DNA of 62,881 nt from Bacteroidales bacterium (GTDB lineage: Bacteria; Bacteroidota; Bacteroidia; Bacteroidales; UBA12077), in NCBI GenBank assembly GCA_046545815.1, contig JBKGZA010000002.1, positions 1 through 62,881 on the forward strand, written 5' to 3'. Numbering within the stretch: the first letter of the stretch is position 1; every line of letters starts with the position of its first letter. Positions 36,622-47,291 of the stretch are shown here, one piece after another. The notes beneath the pieces are model-generated. The model saw only the letters and a program-made list of their open reading frames with translations. It made no database searches and had not been told where the DNA came from. The position numbers were made by a program, and so were the translations under genes.

Positions 36622-37092
36622 ATGAAAAAAGCTGTCTTTCCCGGATCATTTGATCCTTTCACCATAGGGCACGAATCCATCGTGAGAAGGGCCCTTTCTC
36701 TGTTTGATGAAATCATCATTTCCGTAGGATACAATGTCAACAAAAAGGGATATTTTACGTTGGAAGACAGAAAGAGATGGATCGCCAATGTTTTTCACGA
36801 TGAACCCCGGGTTAAGGTGGACCATTTTGAAGGTTTGACCATTGAATATTGTAAAAAGGTAGAGGCAAATTATTTGCTGAGGGGTCTGAGGACAGCAGCG
36901 GATTTTGAGTACGAAAGAGCCATTGCCCAAGTCAATAAAGCCATGTATGAAGGAATCGAAACCGTGTTTCTCCTGACCATGCCTGAACATACGCCGGTAA
37001 ATTCTACCATTGTCAGGGACATTATCAGAAACGGCGGCGACGCCAGTAAATTTTTACCCAAAGGTATGAATATCTATGATCGTACAAAATAA
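36622..37092 (+). CDS. coaD: pantetheine-phosphate adenylyltransferase
   Basis: 156 aa with GSFDPFTIGHESIV (nucleotidyltransferase H-x-G-H motif) and typical PPAT length. Confidence 0.95.
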   Translation: MKKAVFPGSFDPFTIGHESIVRRALSLFDEIIISVGYNVNKKGYFTLEDRKRWIANVFHDEPRVKVDHFEGLTIEYCKKVEANYLLRGLRTAADFEYERAIAQVNKAMYEGIETVFLLTMPEHTPVNSTIVRDIIRNGGDASKFLPKGMNIYDRTK

Positions 37093-37099
37093 TTGCCTG

Positions 37100-38494
37100 A
37101 TGATTAAATTTATATTGTTCCTCTCTTTTTTCCTGGCCACGTTTGCTTCGGGAGCCGAAGAAGTTCAACTGGAGGGTAAATCACCCATGTACGCCGGGGA
37201 AAAAATTACTTTTTACACCCATTCCGATTATATTACCAAAGACACTATACATCTGGGATCCACTCAGGTATCGGATGATGGTGCTTTTAGCTGCATCTTT
37301 GAGCTGGAGCAAGAAAGAAAAATATTTGTCAACCTGGGTGTGTATAAAGGGTATTTCTTCGCCGCACCCGGAGAAAACTATACACTGGCCCTTCCTGATA
37401 AAAAAGAAAAAAACAGAGCCCAGCAATTGAATCCCTATTTAAAAGGAATACCTATCCATATCGGGGTAATAAACAGCGAAAAAAACGAACTGAATTACCT
37501 TATAAACAGCTTCACCGAAGTGTACGATAAAATCGTGAATAAAAATGCAAACAACGTTAGAAACCTCTCCAAAATAAAGGATTCTATATACACCATGCTG
37601 GATACTTCTGTTCAATCAGGCAACCGCTTTTTTCAGGATTATAAAAATTATACACTGGGTGAGCTCAAATTGTCATTGGGGTATTCTACTTCCGAAATAA
37701 AAAATCAGCTACTGGACGATCAAAAAGTTTTATACCACAATCCGGCCTATATGGATTTTATATCCACCCTTTACTCCAGCCATTTCAAGGAGTTGTTTTC
37801 AAGGTACGGAGATGAAGTATATCGCGTTGTCAATCGGTTAAAGAGCTACTCCAAACTTGACTCACTGGTTTCCAGAGATTCCCTGCTGAAAGACAATCCC
37901 CGGCTCAAGGAGTTGGTGCTTCTAAAGGGCCTGTATGATGCGTATTACGATAAACCATTTTCGAAGCAGGCCGTCAGACAAATTCTCGATTCAGCGCAGC
38001 AACACATCAGGCATTCGGAGAATCGTCTTATCGCCCGGAACATCAAAGAAAAAAACAAAACCCTTTCCCCGGGAGATCAGGCACCTGAGTTCTGCCTTTA
38101 CGATGCCGACAGCAACAGGGTATGCCTGGAAGATTTAGAGGGAGATTATGTGTATCTGGGTTTCTGTAATTCGATGAATTATAGCTGCATCCGCCATTAT
38201 AACATATTGGAAAATCTGTATAAAAAGCACGAGAAGCATTTCAACGTTGTAATTATTTCGAGCCGGGAAAGCTTCAGAGAAATGAAACGTTTTGTACAAA
38301 ATAAAGGCTATTCATGGAAATTTCTTCACCTTGGGAAGAACACAGAACTGTTGAATGAATATCAGATAAAAAATATGCCTGCTTATTTTTTCATTGATCC
38401 TAAGGGAACACTCAGGTTATCACCGGCACCTCCTCCTTCAGAGTCGATAGAAAAAAAGATATACGAGGTCATGAAAAAAGACGGAGCATTATAA
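37100..38494 (+). CDS. secreted TlpA/thioredoxin-fold family protein with non-canonical active site
   Basis: Signal peptide MIKFILFLSFFLATFASG. The C-terminal redoxin-like domain (LSPGDQAPEFCLYD...YVYLGFCNSMNYSC) lacks the usual W-C-x-x-C, which is replaced by C-x7-C. Confidence 0.65.
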   Translation: MIKFILFLSFFLATFASGAEEVQLEGKSPMYAGEKITFYTHSDYITKDTIHLGSTQVSDDGAFSCIFELEQERKIFVNLGVYKGYFFAAPGENYTLALPDKKEKNRAQQLNPYLKGIPIHIGVINSEKNELNYLINSFTEVYDKIVNKNANNVRNLSKIKDSIYTMLDTSVQSGNRFFQDYKNYTLGELKLSLGYSTSEIKNQLLDDQKVLYHNPAYMDFISTLYSSHFKELFSRYGDEVYRVVNRLKSYSKLDSLVSRDSLLKDNPRLKELVLLKGLYDAYYDKPFSKQAVRQILDSAQQHIRHSENRLIARNIKEKNKTLSPGDQAPEFCLYDADSNRVCLEDLEGDYVYLGFCNSMNYSCIRHYNILENLYKKHEKHFNVVIISSRESFREMKRFVQNKGYSWKFLHLGKNTELLNEYQIKNMPAYFFIDPKGTLRLSPAPPPSESIEKKIYEVMKKDGAL

Positions 38495-38542
38495 TGATTG
38501 AATGTGAGAATAATTGAAGGTTTAAAGTTTAAATGGTCAAAA

Positions 38543-39196
38543 TTAATATAAAAGCTTACCTGCTTTAAGCACATCAATGATAGAAAGGAAGGTATTTTCA
38601 TTAACGATGTTCATTTCTTCGGGATTCAGCCATTTTGCTTCGGTAATCTCTTCTTGTGGCTGGGGTGTTAAGGCTTGCTTTTGAGTACTTTTCATAAGGT
38701 ACCAGTAAGTTTTTTTCAGTATCATCACTCCCTCCAGTGTATAGGAATGATAAGTGATATGTAATAAATCTTCCAATTCCGGTGCATCAATTCCACACTC
38801 TTCCTTTACCTCCCTTATTGCGCAGTTTTCCGGACACTCCTCCGCTTCTTTTTTGCCTTTGGGAAGATCCCATTTGCCACGTCTTTTGATTACAAGCACC
38901 TGTCCCTTCTCATTGAAAACCAGACCCCCGGCTGCCTCCAACACCCTGAAAAAGGACTGAAAATCATGAAAAGCCTTATCTACATCATGATGGGCAATAA
39001 ACACATTTTTTATCTCCTGGACATTCCTGAAAAGTTCAAGCACATAAGCAAGCTGAATCTCATTAAGATATCTGATAAAAAGCCCGTTATATCGTTCATA
39101 ATAGTCATCAAACTGATCTATAAAATAAATTGTGCGATTGTCGAAAAAAACTTTATACATTTGCCCTATGGAATATTTTGAAAAAGAAATAGCCAA
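38543..39196 (-). CDS. NUDIX hydrolase
   Basis: Nudix box GKWDLPKGKKEAEECPENCAIREVKEECG in the C-terminal half. Substrate unknown. Confidence 0.85.
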   Translation of the reverse strand: MAISFSKYSIGQMYKVFFDNRTIYFIDQFDDYYERYNGLFIRYLNEIQLAYVLELFRNVQEIKNVFIAHHDVDKAFHDFQSFFRVLEAAGGLVFNEKGQVLVIKRRGKWDLPKGKKEAEECPENCAIREVKEECGIDAPELEDLLHITYHSYTLEGVMILKKTYWYLMKSTQKQALTPQPQEEITEAKWLNPEEMNIVNENTFLSIIDVLKAGKLLY

Positions 39197-39800
39197 GCAT
39201 CTTTTACAAATAAACGCAATAAAATTTAATCCGGCAAATCCTTACCGATGGAGTTCAGGATGGAAATCACCCATTTACTGTGATAACAGGAAATCCCTTT
39301 CCTATCCCCATACCAGAGATTTAATAAAAAACGGTTTTATCAGACTGATAAAACAATATTATGGAAAACCGGAAGTTATTGCAGGAGTAGCCACCGGTGC
39401 TATAGCCATTGGTGCCATTACGGCCGATGCGCTGAATTTGCCATTCGTGTATGTACGTTCCGGCCCGAAAAGCCATGGGCTGGAAAACAGGATAGAAGGT
39501 GATCTGGAAAAAGGCCAAAAAATTGTGGTTATTGAAGACCTGATATCAACCGGAAAAAGCAGCCTTAATGCCGTAGATGCATTAAGAAACAGCGGGGCCA
39601 GTGTACTTGGAATGGGTGCCATTTTTTCCTATAATTTTGAACTGGCAAAACAAAATTTCGAAAAAAATAATTGTCCTTTATATACGCTTTCTAATTATCA
39701 TACGCTTATAGAGATGGCTATAAGCAAAGGCTACCTGAAAAAAGAGCACCAGGAGCAACTGGAGGAATGGCGAAACAATCCTTCTGAGTGGGAACAATAA
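39168..39800 (+). CDS. pyrE: orotate phosphoribosyltransferase
   Basis: PRPP-binding motif VVIEDLISTGKS and typical length from MEYFEKEIAKHLL (ATG 39168). Confidence 0.9.
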   Translation: MEYFEKEIAKHLLQINAIKFNPANPYRWSSGWKSPIYCDNRKSLSYPHTRDLIKNGFIRLIKQYYGKPEVIAGVATGAIAIGAITADALNLPFVYVRSGPKSHGLENRIEGDLEKGQKIVVIEDLISTGKSSLNAVDALRNSGASVLGMGAIFSYNFELAKQNFEKNNCPLYTLSNYHTLIEMAISKGYLKKEHQEQLEEWRNNPSEWEQ

Positions 39801-39813
39801 AAATCACTGCATT

Positions 39814-40233
39814 ATGTCAAAAGTTACCAGTAAAATCGGAAAAATATACAGAAACGATGATGAAATTTATAATTTCCTTTCCGATTTCAGAAATCTGGAT
39901 TATCTGGTTCCCTCCGATAAAATCACAAACTGGCAGTCGGATGAAGACCGCTGCCGGTTCAGTATTGCAGGCATCGGGGCAACCGGAATGCGGATTGTTG
40001 AAAAGCAGCCTTACAAACTGATCAAATTGGGTAGTTATAAGGAAAGCCCTGTAAGTTTTAATATATGGATACAACTTAAAAAGTTAGAGGAAGGGGACAC
40101 CCGTATCAGACTGACCGGAGAAGCTTACATGAACCGGATTATGAATAAAATGGTTCAAAATTATCTTAAAAAAGGACTGGATGGGGCAGTTGACAAATTG
40201 GCAGACTTTTTTAACAACAAAAAAGATTTATAA
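39814..40233 (+). CDS. SRPBCC-like small protein, function unknown
   Basis: 139-aa ORF whose size and beta-rich/terminal-helix pattern fit START/SRPBCC-fold proteins. Weak assignment. Confidence 0.5.
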   Translation: MSKVTSKIGKIYRNDDEIYNFLSDFRNLDYLVPSDKITNWQSDEDRCRFSIAGIGATGMRIVEKQPYKLIKLGSYKESPVSFNIWIQLKKLEEGDTRIRLTGEAYMNRIMNKMVQNYLKKGLDGAVDKLADFFNNKKDL

Positions 40234-40977
40234 TAAAAACTCTACTTCCTTAAAATTATATTCCAATGTTTTGCCGGTTTGGTTTTCGAGGATAAGTTGC
40301 CCGTAATCAGATACGCCAATGATTTTTGCTTTAAATTGCCCTTTGCTGTTCTGGTACCAGACCATTTGATTCAACCTGAACAATCTTTCATGGTAATCTT
40401 TCTGTATCTTGTCCACCATGCCTCTCGCCAACATCTGATAACGTTTTTCAAGGAGATCAGCCAGTTTTTTCAATTCTCTCCTTAAAACCAGCTTCTTTTC
40501 AATCATCTGATTCAATGAAACCGGATTGGGTATATCATTGGGGAATTTTTCCTGGTTTATATTAATGCCGATCCCAACAATAGAAGTTTTCACCGAGGAA
40601 CCCACAAGGTCATTTTCTATCAAAATCCCCGCGATTTTTCTGTCATCAACATAGATATCATTCGGCCATTTGATGCTCACATCGGAAACATAAGTGCACA
40701 GATAATCACTAATCCCAAGGCTTATGGCTTTGGAAATCAAAAATTGGGTGTTTGCTGAAATAAAATCCGGATGCAATATGATACTAAAAAGTAGATTTTT
40801 CCCTCTTTTACTGTGCCAGGTATTGCTGCCGTATCCCCTTCCTTTTCTTTGTTCGCCGGAAACAATTATTGTGCCTTCATCAGGGGGATCCCCGGAAAGA
40901 AGCGCTCTGGCATAGTCATTGGTACTATCCACCGAAAGCAGAGAAATGAAATTATTTCCTATAATCTTCGTTTTCAT
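40228..40977 (-). CDS. birA: biotin--[acetyl-CoA-carboxylase] ligase (group I, no HTH)
   Basis: 249 aa with QRKGRGYGSNTWHS..GKNLLFS (a biotin-ligase GRGRxGRxW-type motif) and KWPNDIY. Confidence 0.9.
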   Translation of the reverse strand: MKTKIIGNNFISLLSVDSTNDYARALLSGDPPDEGTIIVSGEQRKGRGYGSNTWHSKRGKNLLFSIILHPDFISANTQFLISKAISLGISDYLCTYVSDVSIKWPNDIYVDDRKIAGILIENDLVGSSVKTSIVGIGININQEKFPNDIPNPVSLNQMIEKKLVLRRELKKLADLLEKRYQMLARGMVDKIQKDYHERLFRLNQMVWYQNSKGQFKAKIIGVSDYGQLILENQTGKTLEYNFKEVEFLL

Positions 40978-41280
40978 AATGATTCTTCAATAGAATGAAA
41001 CCCCACAAAAGTAAATATTTTCATTACACAAAATAAATTCCGACAATTTTTCATTATAACTGTTAGGGAATGAAATTTGTGTTTTTAATGATTTTAAAGA
41101 AAATCCTGAATTTAAACCGGAAACCAGTTTGAGTATCCTAAAATAAAGGAAAGTGACAAGCTTTATAAAAATACAACGAAAATGGTGGGGTCCAATTTTA
41201 CAATTCAGGGATAAAAGATTCATCTTTGGAACAGACCAATAAGATTCATAAAAATTTAATTAATTTTGCATAAAAATTTA

Positions 41281-41661
41281 ATGAAAATCTCTAAACAAGA
41301 AGAAATTATAACTGAAGAATTACTGGAGACAATCATAAAGGGAATACAGGACAAAAAAGGAAAAGAAATTGTAAGTTTAAATATTAGCAAAATAGAAAAC
41401 TCTATCTGTGATTATTTTGTTATATGTCATGGAACATCATCCAGACATGTTGATGCAATTACGGATTCTATCGAACAGAAAGTAAAAAAAGAACTGAATG
41501 AAAAGCCATATCATAAAGAAGGGTTAGAAAATCTCACCTGGGTTCTTATTGACTATGCAAGCATCATCATTCATGTTTTCCAAAAAGAATCCAGGGATTT
41601 TTATAACCTGGAAGATTTGTGGGCCGATGCTCCCATGGATAAATATCAGGATGTACAATAA
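41281..41661 (+). CDS. rsfS: ribosome silencing factor RsfS
   Basis: About 126 aa with ICDYFVICHGTSSRHVDAI...W.LIDY..IIIHVF....R.FY.LE.LW, positioned immediately upstream of ftsH. Confidence 0.9.
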   Translation: MKISKQEEIITEELLETIIKGIQDKKGKEIVSLNISKIENSICDYFVICHGTSSRHVDAITDSIEQKVKKELNEKPYHKEGLENLTWVLIDYASIIIHVFQKESRDFYNLEDLWADAPMDKYQDVQ

Positions 41662-41685
41662 ATTAATAACGGAGGTATATCAGTA

Positions 41686-43935
41686 ATGGCCGACGCAAAT
41701 AAAGAGCAAAACCAAGAACAGAATCAAGATACCCAGAACAACAACAATAATAAGAAGCCTTATCCCAAGTTTAACATTTATTGGGTATATGCACTAATCG
41801 CTATATTTTTCATTTCCCTAAACTTCATGAACCTTGGAGGAAGTCCAAAGGAAACCAGCTGGCAGGAATTTAATCGAAACATACTTCAAAATCAAGATGT
41901 TGAAAGGATAGTAGTAATCAACAAAGAAAAGGCAGAAATATACCTGAAAGATGAAGCCCTAAACAAACAGGAGTATCAGGATCTGTTTAGCGACGGGATG
42001 TTTTCCGTGCCCAAGGAAGGCCCCCATTATTATTTTACCATCGGTTCATTGGAGATGTTTGATCAAAGGATCAGTGAATTTCAGGATAAGCTCCCGGACG
42101 GAGAATACATCCAGGTAAAATATGAAACCCGGAAAGACATTCTGGGAGAGGTACTCACCTGGCTGTTACCGATTTTTATTCTTGTAGCAATCTGGTTGTT
42201 CATATTCAGAAGAATATCCAAAGGAGCCGGTGGTTCTGCTGGCGGCAGCAATATATTCAATGTAGGCAAATCGAAAGCTGTATTATTCGATAAGGAATCG
42301 AACGTAAAAGTTGATTTCAACGATGTAGCGGGACTGGACGAAGCCAAGGTGGAAGTAAAAGAAGTTGTTGAATTTCTGAAAAATCCGCAGAAGTACACGG
42401 AACTTGGAGGAAAGATCCCAAAAGGGGTACTGCTTGTCGGTCCGCCGGGTACCGGTAAAACCCTTCTGGCAAAAGCTGTTGCAGGAGAAGCCAGCGTACC
42501 GTTTTTCTCCATTTCAGGCTCCGATTTTGTCGAAATGTTTGTCGGAGTGGGAGCTTCAAGGGTACGTGATCTTTTCAAGCAGGCCAAAGAAAAGGCTCCT
42601 TGTATCATCTTCATTGACGAAATCGATGCCATAGGACGGGCAAGAGGCAAAAACCCCAGCATGGGCGCCAATGATGAAAGGGAAAACACCCTTAACCAGT
42701 TGCTTGCTGAAATGGACGGATTCAGCAACAACATTGGCATCATAATCATTGCGGCCACCAACCGCGCTGACATGCTTGACAAGGCCCTTTTACGGGCCGG
42801 CCGGTTTGACCGGCAGGTACATGTAGACCTTCCCGACCTGAATGAAAGGAAGGAGATACTCAAAGTACATATAAAACCCCTCAAGGTTGAGAAAGACCTG
42901 GAGTTAGAATTTCTTGCCAAGCAAACTCCGGGGTTCTCCGGGGCCGACATTGCCAATGTGGCCAATGAGGCAGCACTCATTGCTGCCAGAAAAGCCAAGA
43001 AGGCTGTCGGAAAAGAAGATTTTCTGGATGCCATTGACCGGATCATTGCAGGTCTTGAAAGAAGAAACAAGCTGATCACCAGCTCGGAGAAAAAAGCCAT
43101 TGCCTATCACGAATGCGGGCACGCCATTGTTAGCTGGCTGCTTAAACATGCCAGTCCACTGGTTAAAGTAACCATCGTCCCCCGTGGTAGAGCCCTTGGT
43201 TCTGCATGGTATCTTCCTGAAGAACGAAACCTGACCACCACCGAGCAACTTATGGACGAAATGAGTGCGGCACTCGGTGGTAGGGCAGCAGAGCAACTGG
43301 TTTTTAACAAAATCTCAACCGGAGCACTCAATGATCTTGAAAAAGTCACCAAGCAGGCTTATGCAATGGTTGCTTACTTCGGTATGAGTGAAAAAGTGGG
43401 TAATCTTAGTTTCTATGATTCTACCGGCCAAAAGGAGTTTACCTTCACCAAACCTTATAGTGAAAAAACGGCCGAACTCATCGACCAAGAGGTACAAGGA
43501 TATGTCAATAAAGCCTATCAAAGAGCTTATGAGATATTGAAAAATCACAGTGAGCAGCTCGATCAGCTCGCCGAAATGCTTCTCGAGAAGGAAATCATAT
43601 TCTCCGACGACCTGGAAAAAATCTTGGGTAAAAGGGAAATAGATGATGAAAAGAAACAGAAAATTTTGGAGGAAGGTAAAAAAGTAAAGAAGATACACGA
43701 GGAGAGCGAAAAGAAACGCAGCGGTGAAAATAAAGAGGAGGAGGAAAGCAAGGAAAAAGAAGAGGAACAAAAAGAGGAAAGAGAAGAGGAAAAAGAAGCC
43801 ACACAAACAGAAACACAAACGGATTCAGGGGACGACAATGAAGAAGAGGAGGAAGAATCAAAACTCTCGGAATCCCAAAAGAGCGTATCCAGCAAATTTA
43901 CCCATAACAATAAAAACCAGAATAAAAACAAATAG
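41686..43935 (+). CDS. ftsH: ATP-dependent zinc metalloprotease FtsH with long charged low-complexity C-terminal tail
   Basis: Two TM segments, AAA+ Walker A GPPGTGKT, Walker B IIFIDEID, the second region of homology, and the HEXXH motif HECGH. It carries an extra ~110 aa K/E/D-rich tail. Confidence 0.95.
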   Translation: MADANKEQNQEQNQDTQNNNNNKKPYPKFNIYWVYALIAIFFISLNFMNLGGSPKETSWQEFNRNILQNQDVERIVVINKEKAEIYLKDEALNKQEYQDLFSDGMFSVPKEGPHYYFTIGSLEMFDQRISEFQDKLPDGEYIQVKYETRKDILGEVLTWLLPIFILVAIWLFIFRRISKGAGGSAGGSNIFNVGKSKAVLFDKESNVKVDFNDVAGLDEAKVEVKEVVEFLKNPQKYTELGGKIPKGVLLVGPPGTGKTLLAKAVAGEASVPFFSISGSDFVEMFVGVGASRVRDLFKQAKEKAPCIIFIDEIDAIGRARGKNPSMGANDERENTLNQLLAEMDGFSNNIGIIIIAATNRADMLDKALLRAGRFDRQVHVDLPDLNERKEILKVHIKPLKVEKDLELEFLAKQTPGFSGADIANVANEAALIAARKAKKAVGKEDFLDAIDRIIAGLERRNKLITSSEKKAIAYHECGHAIVSWLLKHASPLVKVTIVPRGRALGSAWYLPEERNLTTTEQLMDEMSAALGGRAAEQLVFNKISTGALNDLEKVTKQAYAMVAYFGMSEKVGNLSFYDSTGQKEFTFTKPYSEKTAELIDQEVQGYVNKAYQRAYEILKNHSEQLDQLAEMLLEKEIIFSDDLEKILGKREIDDEKKQKILEEGKKVKKIHEESEKKRSGENKEEEESKEKEEEQKEEREEEKEATQTETQTDSGDDNEEEEEESKLSESQKSVSSKFTHNNKNQNKNK

Positions 43936-43941
43936 ACATCA

Positions 43942-44763
43942 TTGAATAAGGACATTATAAAAAGAACCCTATCCGGAATAGCTTTTATTCTCATAATATT
44001 AGGTGCTCTTACTGCAGGGCATCTTACTTTTTACCTCCTTTTCGCATTAATAACGGGCCTTTGTCTGTATGAGTTCTATTCCCTTGCTTCAAAAAGCGGA
44101 GCAGATGTTCAGAAAGTAAGCGGTATCATTACAGGCGTGACTATCTTTTCACTAAATTTCCTGATTGCCGGTAATTTTATCGCAATTGCCTGGTCATTGG
44201 CCATCATCCCGTTGATTTTACTGATACTCATTGGTGAACTTTTCCGGAAGAAAAAAAATCCGTTCAGAAACCTCTCCTATACCCTTGCAGGATTAATCTA
44301 CCCGGTGATGTTACTGACTCTTGTAAACCATGTTGTTTTTATGCCTTTCCCGAATCCGGGGTATAACCACCATCTGTTAATCAGCCTGTTTGTGTTAATA
44401 TGGTCAAACGATACTTCTGCTTATATCACAGGCAAAAAGTTTGGCAAGCATAAACTTTTCGGTAGCATTTCACCGCTAAAAAGCTGGGAGGGATTGGTCG
44501 GAGGAGTCTTTTTTACCATACTGGCAGCACTCGTGATATTTTTTGTTACCCAGTATCTGAATGTGATGACATGGATCATTCTGGCCGTTATAGTTGGTAT
44601 AGCAGGCACTTTGGGTGATCTTACCGCATCATCCCTCAAAAGAAGCGCAGGCGTAAAAGAATCGGGCAAGCTGATTCCCGGGCATGGCGGTATTCTAGAT
44701 CGACTTGATTCGGCCATCTTTGTTTTTCCCATAGCCTATATTCTTTTAAAGCTTCTCATCTGA
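43942..44763 (+). CDS. cdsA: phosphatidate cytidylyltransferase
   Basis: 273-aa polytopic membrane protein with the C-terminal CTP-transferase signature (SSLKRSAGVKESGKLIPGHGGILDRLDS). It has an apparent TTG start. Confidence 0.9.
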   Translation: MNKDIIKRTLSGIAFILIILGALTAGHLTFYLLFALITGLCLYEFYSLASKSGADVQKVSGIITGVTIFSLNFLIAGNFIAIAWSLAIIPLILLILIGELFRKKKNPFRNLSYTLAGLIYPVMLLTLVNHVVFMPFPNPGYNHHLLISLFVLIWSNDTSAYITGKKFGKHKLFGSISPLKSWEGLVGGVFFTILAALVIFFVTQYLNVMTWIILAVIVGIAGTLGDLTASSLKRSAGVKESGKLIPGHGGILDRLDSAIFVFPIAYILLKLLI

Positions 44764-44903
44764 ATGCTAATTTGGAGAACAAGATTCCATCACCGCCAAA
44801 TATTTCCGGATTCAATAAAAACAGAATTAAACAAGATTTAAAAATACATGTCTCAATATATTCGTTTTTTCATTATCTTTGTTTTTAAATGAAAAGGTAT
44901 TAA

Positions 44904-45563
44904 ATGCATATACATAAAGAAGGATATAGGGTAATTCTTTATTGTTTCTTCATCTTGCTGGTGTTGAACATTATTTTTGTGTTGCTTCCCTTGACCTCGG
45001 TTTTAGCAGGAATAATAAGAGGTTTATCATTGATTCTGCTCTTTATGGTAATCCGTTTTTTCCGTGTACCTTCAAGAAATGCGCTATTGGATGAGTTAAA
45101 CATTCTTTCCCCTGCCGACGGTAAGGTGGTAGCCATAGAACAAACCACCGAAGATGAATTTTTCAAAGACAAACGCATTCAGATATCTATTTTCATGTCT
45201 ATATGGAATGTTCATGTGAACTGGCATCCCATTAGCGGAACGGTTGAATACTTCAAGCATCATCCGGGTCAGTACCTCATCGCAAAAAATCCGAAATCCT
45301 CCCTGAAGAACGAACGCACCAGCATTGCCATTAAGAAAGATGAAGATAAAATCATTATGGTCAGACAAATTGCAGGAGCCGTTGCCAGGAGAATCGTCAG
45401 CTATATCAATCCTGGTGCCTCGGTAAACCAGGCCAGTCAGATCGGCATCATTAAATTCGGTTCCCGGGTTGACCTCTTCCTTCCATTGAATATCCGGCTA
45501 AACGTTAAGCTGAAAGACTCTGTGAAAGGTCAAAGCACCATTCTCGCACAATGGAGAAAATAG
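44904..45563 (+). CDS. psd: phosphatidylserine decarboxylase family protein (short form)
   Basis: 219 aa with N-terminal TM segments and the self-cleavage motif region IKFGSRVDLFLP. Confidence 0.85.
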   Translation: MHIHKEGYRVILYCFFILLVLNIIFVLLPLTSVLAGIIRGLSLILLFMVIRFFRVPSRNALLDELNILSPADGKVVAIEQTTEDEFFKDKRIQISIFMSIWNVHVNWHPISGTVEYFKHHPGQYLIAKNPKSSLKNERTSIAIKKDEDKIIMVRQIAGAVARRIVSYINPGASVNQASQIGIIKFGSRVDLFLPLNIRLNVKLKDSVKGQSTILAQWRK

Positions 45564-45564
45564 G

Positions 45565-46071
45565 CTATTTATAAAAGTTGTTGATGTGTACTTTTTCCAG
45601 TTGATTGCTTTTGAAAATAAATACCCCCTGTCTTTCCCCATTATCAACCTTTACAGTGTCTTCCGGCCATCCTGGGAAGTCTGATATGAGCTCTTCCAGC
45701 CGGTTTCTTTCCATGCCAATATGAACACAATTCTCCATCTCTACGCGATTATCGGCAATCTTTAAAGTAAGAAACGATTCTCCGTCACTTTCGGCCGAAG
45801 CATAGAAGATGAAAGCATTTTTACCCTTGATATACTGGTAAATGGTATCGGCTGTACGATTTCTTTCATTCATATTACGAAGGAACTTCTTCAGTTTAAA
45901 TTCTTCCCCGTATGTTCCCCTGAAATTTTTAAGATTCAGATCAGCATAAACAGGATCCCCAAGAAATTCGTCACACGTTATGGCCTTACAATCCTGCCGG
46001 TGAGTGGTTTTCTCTCCGGTGCTGCAGGAAATACAAACAAAAAACAAAAAAAAGAATATATAGGATTTCAT
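45565..46071 (-). CDS. hypothetical lipoprotein
   Basis: 168 aa with a lipobox-type signal (FFLFFVCISC S). No family recognised. Confidence 0.6.
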   Translation of the reverse strand: MKSYIFFFLFFVCISCSTGEKTTHRQDCKAITCDEFLGDPVYADLNLKNFRGTYGEEFKLKKFLRNMNERNRTADTIYQYIKGKNAFIFYASAESDGESFLTLKIADNRVEMENCVHIGMERNRLEELISDFPGWPEDTVKVDNGERQGVFIFKSNQLEKVHINNFYK

Positions 46072-46131
46072 ATATAGCGTGCCTGCATTGATGTAAAGAA
46101 ATCTTTAATGGACAAAGATAATATTTTATGT

Positions 46132-47073
46132 TCAGAGAAAGAAAAGGGCAACTCCTCCAAAAGCAATAAAAGCGCCCAAAATTTCCAGGAAATTCACCCT
46201 CTCCTTAAAATACAGGACAGCAGGAGGAATAATGAGAACCGGAACCAAAGCCATTAAAGTAGAAGCGATACCGGTTAAAGTATGCTGCACGGCCAGTAAA
46301 GAAAACGCAACCCCCAGGAAAGGCCCGAAAAAAGCCCCTATAGTAACTCTTTTCATGGCTTTTTTGTGCTTCAAAGCAGAGAATACCCTGTTCCACCTCC
46401 TTAGTATGAAAAACAAAAGCATAAATCCCACTGTTCCGGATAATACCCTGATTTGAGTGGCGGCAAAAGCATCATAATCCTGCATGCCAAATTTACTGAG
46501 CACCAAACCGGTTGCCTGACCCAATGCTCCTCCGAATGCCATAATGATGCCAATGATATGGTAAGAAAAAGTCATTTTTATTCTTTTCTTCTTTGGGGGC
46601 GTTTCTACTATGCGCGAAGGATTGGGATTTCTGTTTTTCCTCTGGGAAATAACCAGTATGATACCGGTTAATGTAATGGCCATTCCCACTATATTCTCAG
46701 CGGAAAGGCGTTCATCCATGATAAGCCATCCAATAATTCCGGTAATAGGAGGTACAAATGACATGATCAGGGATGAAATCCGGGCACCTATGCGTACATA
46801 AGCTTCGAAAAGAAATAAATCACCCAGGGAGAATCCGATCAGGCCTGAAATAATCAGCCACTTCCACTGATGCCAGCTTGCATCGATTGGTAAGAACAGA
46901 CCACGGCTTATCCAGGTAAAAATTCCCAGCATGAATATGGCCATGAACAAACGTATCAAATTGACCGAAAGGGATCCGATTTTTTTCCCGGCCGATTCAA
47001 AAGCTAAAGCGGTTGCTGTCCAGCAAAAAGCAGCCATCAGACTGGCAAACTCTCCAAAATGTGATTCCAGCAT
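46132..47073 (-). CDS. DMT superfamily (EamA-like) transporter
   Basis: 313 aa with about 10 hydrophobic helices arranged as two EamA-like halves. Confidence 0.8.
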   Translation of the reverse strand: MLESHFGEFASLMAAFCWTATALAFESAGKKIGSLSVNLIRLFMAIFMLGIFTWISRGLFLPIDASWHQWKWLIISGLIGFSLGDLFLFEAYVRIGARISSLIMSFVPPITGIIGWLIMDERLSAENIVGMAITLTGIILVISQRKNRNPNPSRIVETPPKKKRIKMTFSYHIIGIIMAFGGALGQATGLVLSKFGMQDYDAFAATQIRVLSGTVGFMLLFFILRRWNRVFSALKHKKAMKRVTIGAFFGPFLGVAFSLLAVQHTLTGIASTLMALVPVLIIPPAVLYFKERVNFLEILGAFIAFGGVALFFL

Positions 47074-47291
47074 AACAATTACTTTTGCTATTTTTAAGCC
47101 CCGGGAATGTTGGATTCCGTATTTATTGTAATCCCGGATTGTGGATCACAAAAGAAATAAAAAACAAGTCATTTTGATCAATTTAAACCGGAAAAATTTA
47201 ATGTCACCCAATCCGTTTAAAAAATTTCGCCCTAAAATTTTGAAATAATGATCTGCTATTTTATATATTTACATGGCCAAATCTTTTGTTA

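Noticed and set aside
42081-43100. 339-aa ORF antisense to ftsH, plus several 60-170-aa ORFs at 43315-43994 on both strands
   Set aside because: They overlap the strongly supported ftsH gene. The products are low-complexity (S/A/P/L-rich or F/L-rich) and are generated by the GAA/AAG-rich coding of the FtsH tail.
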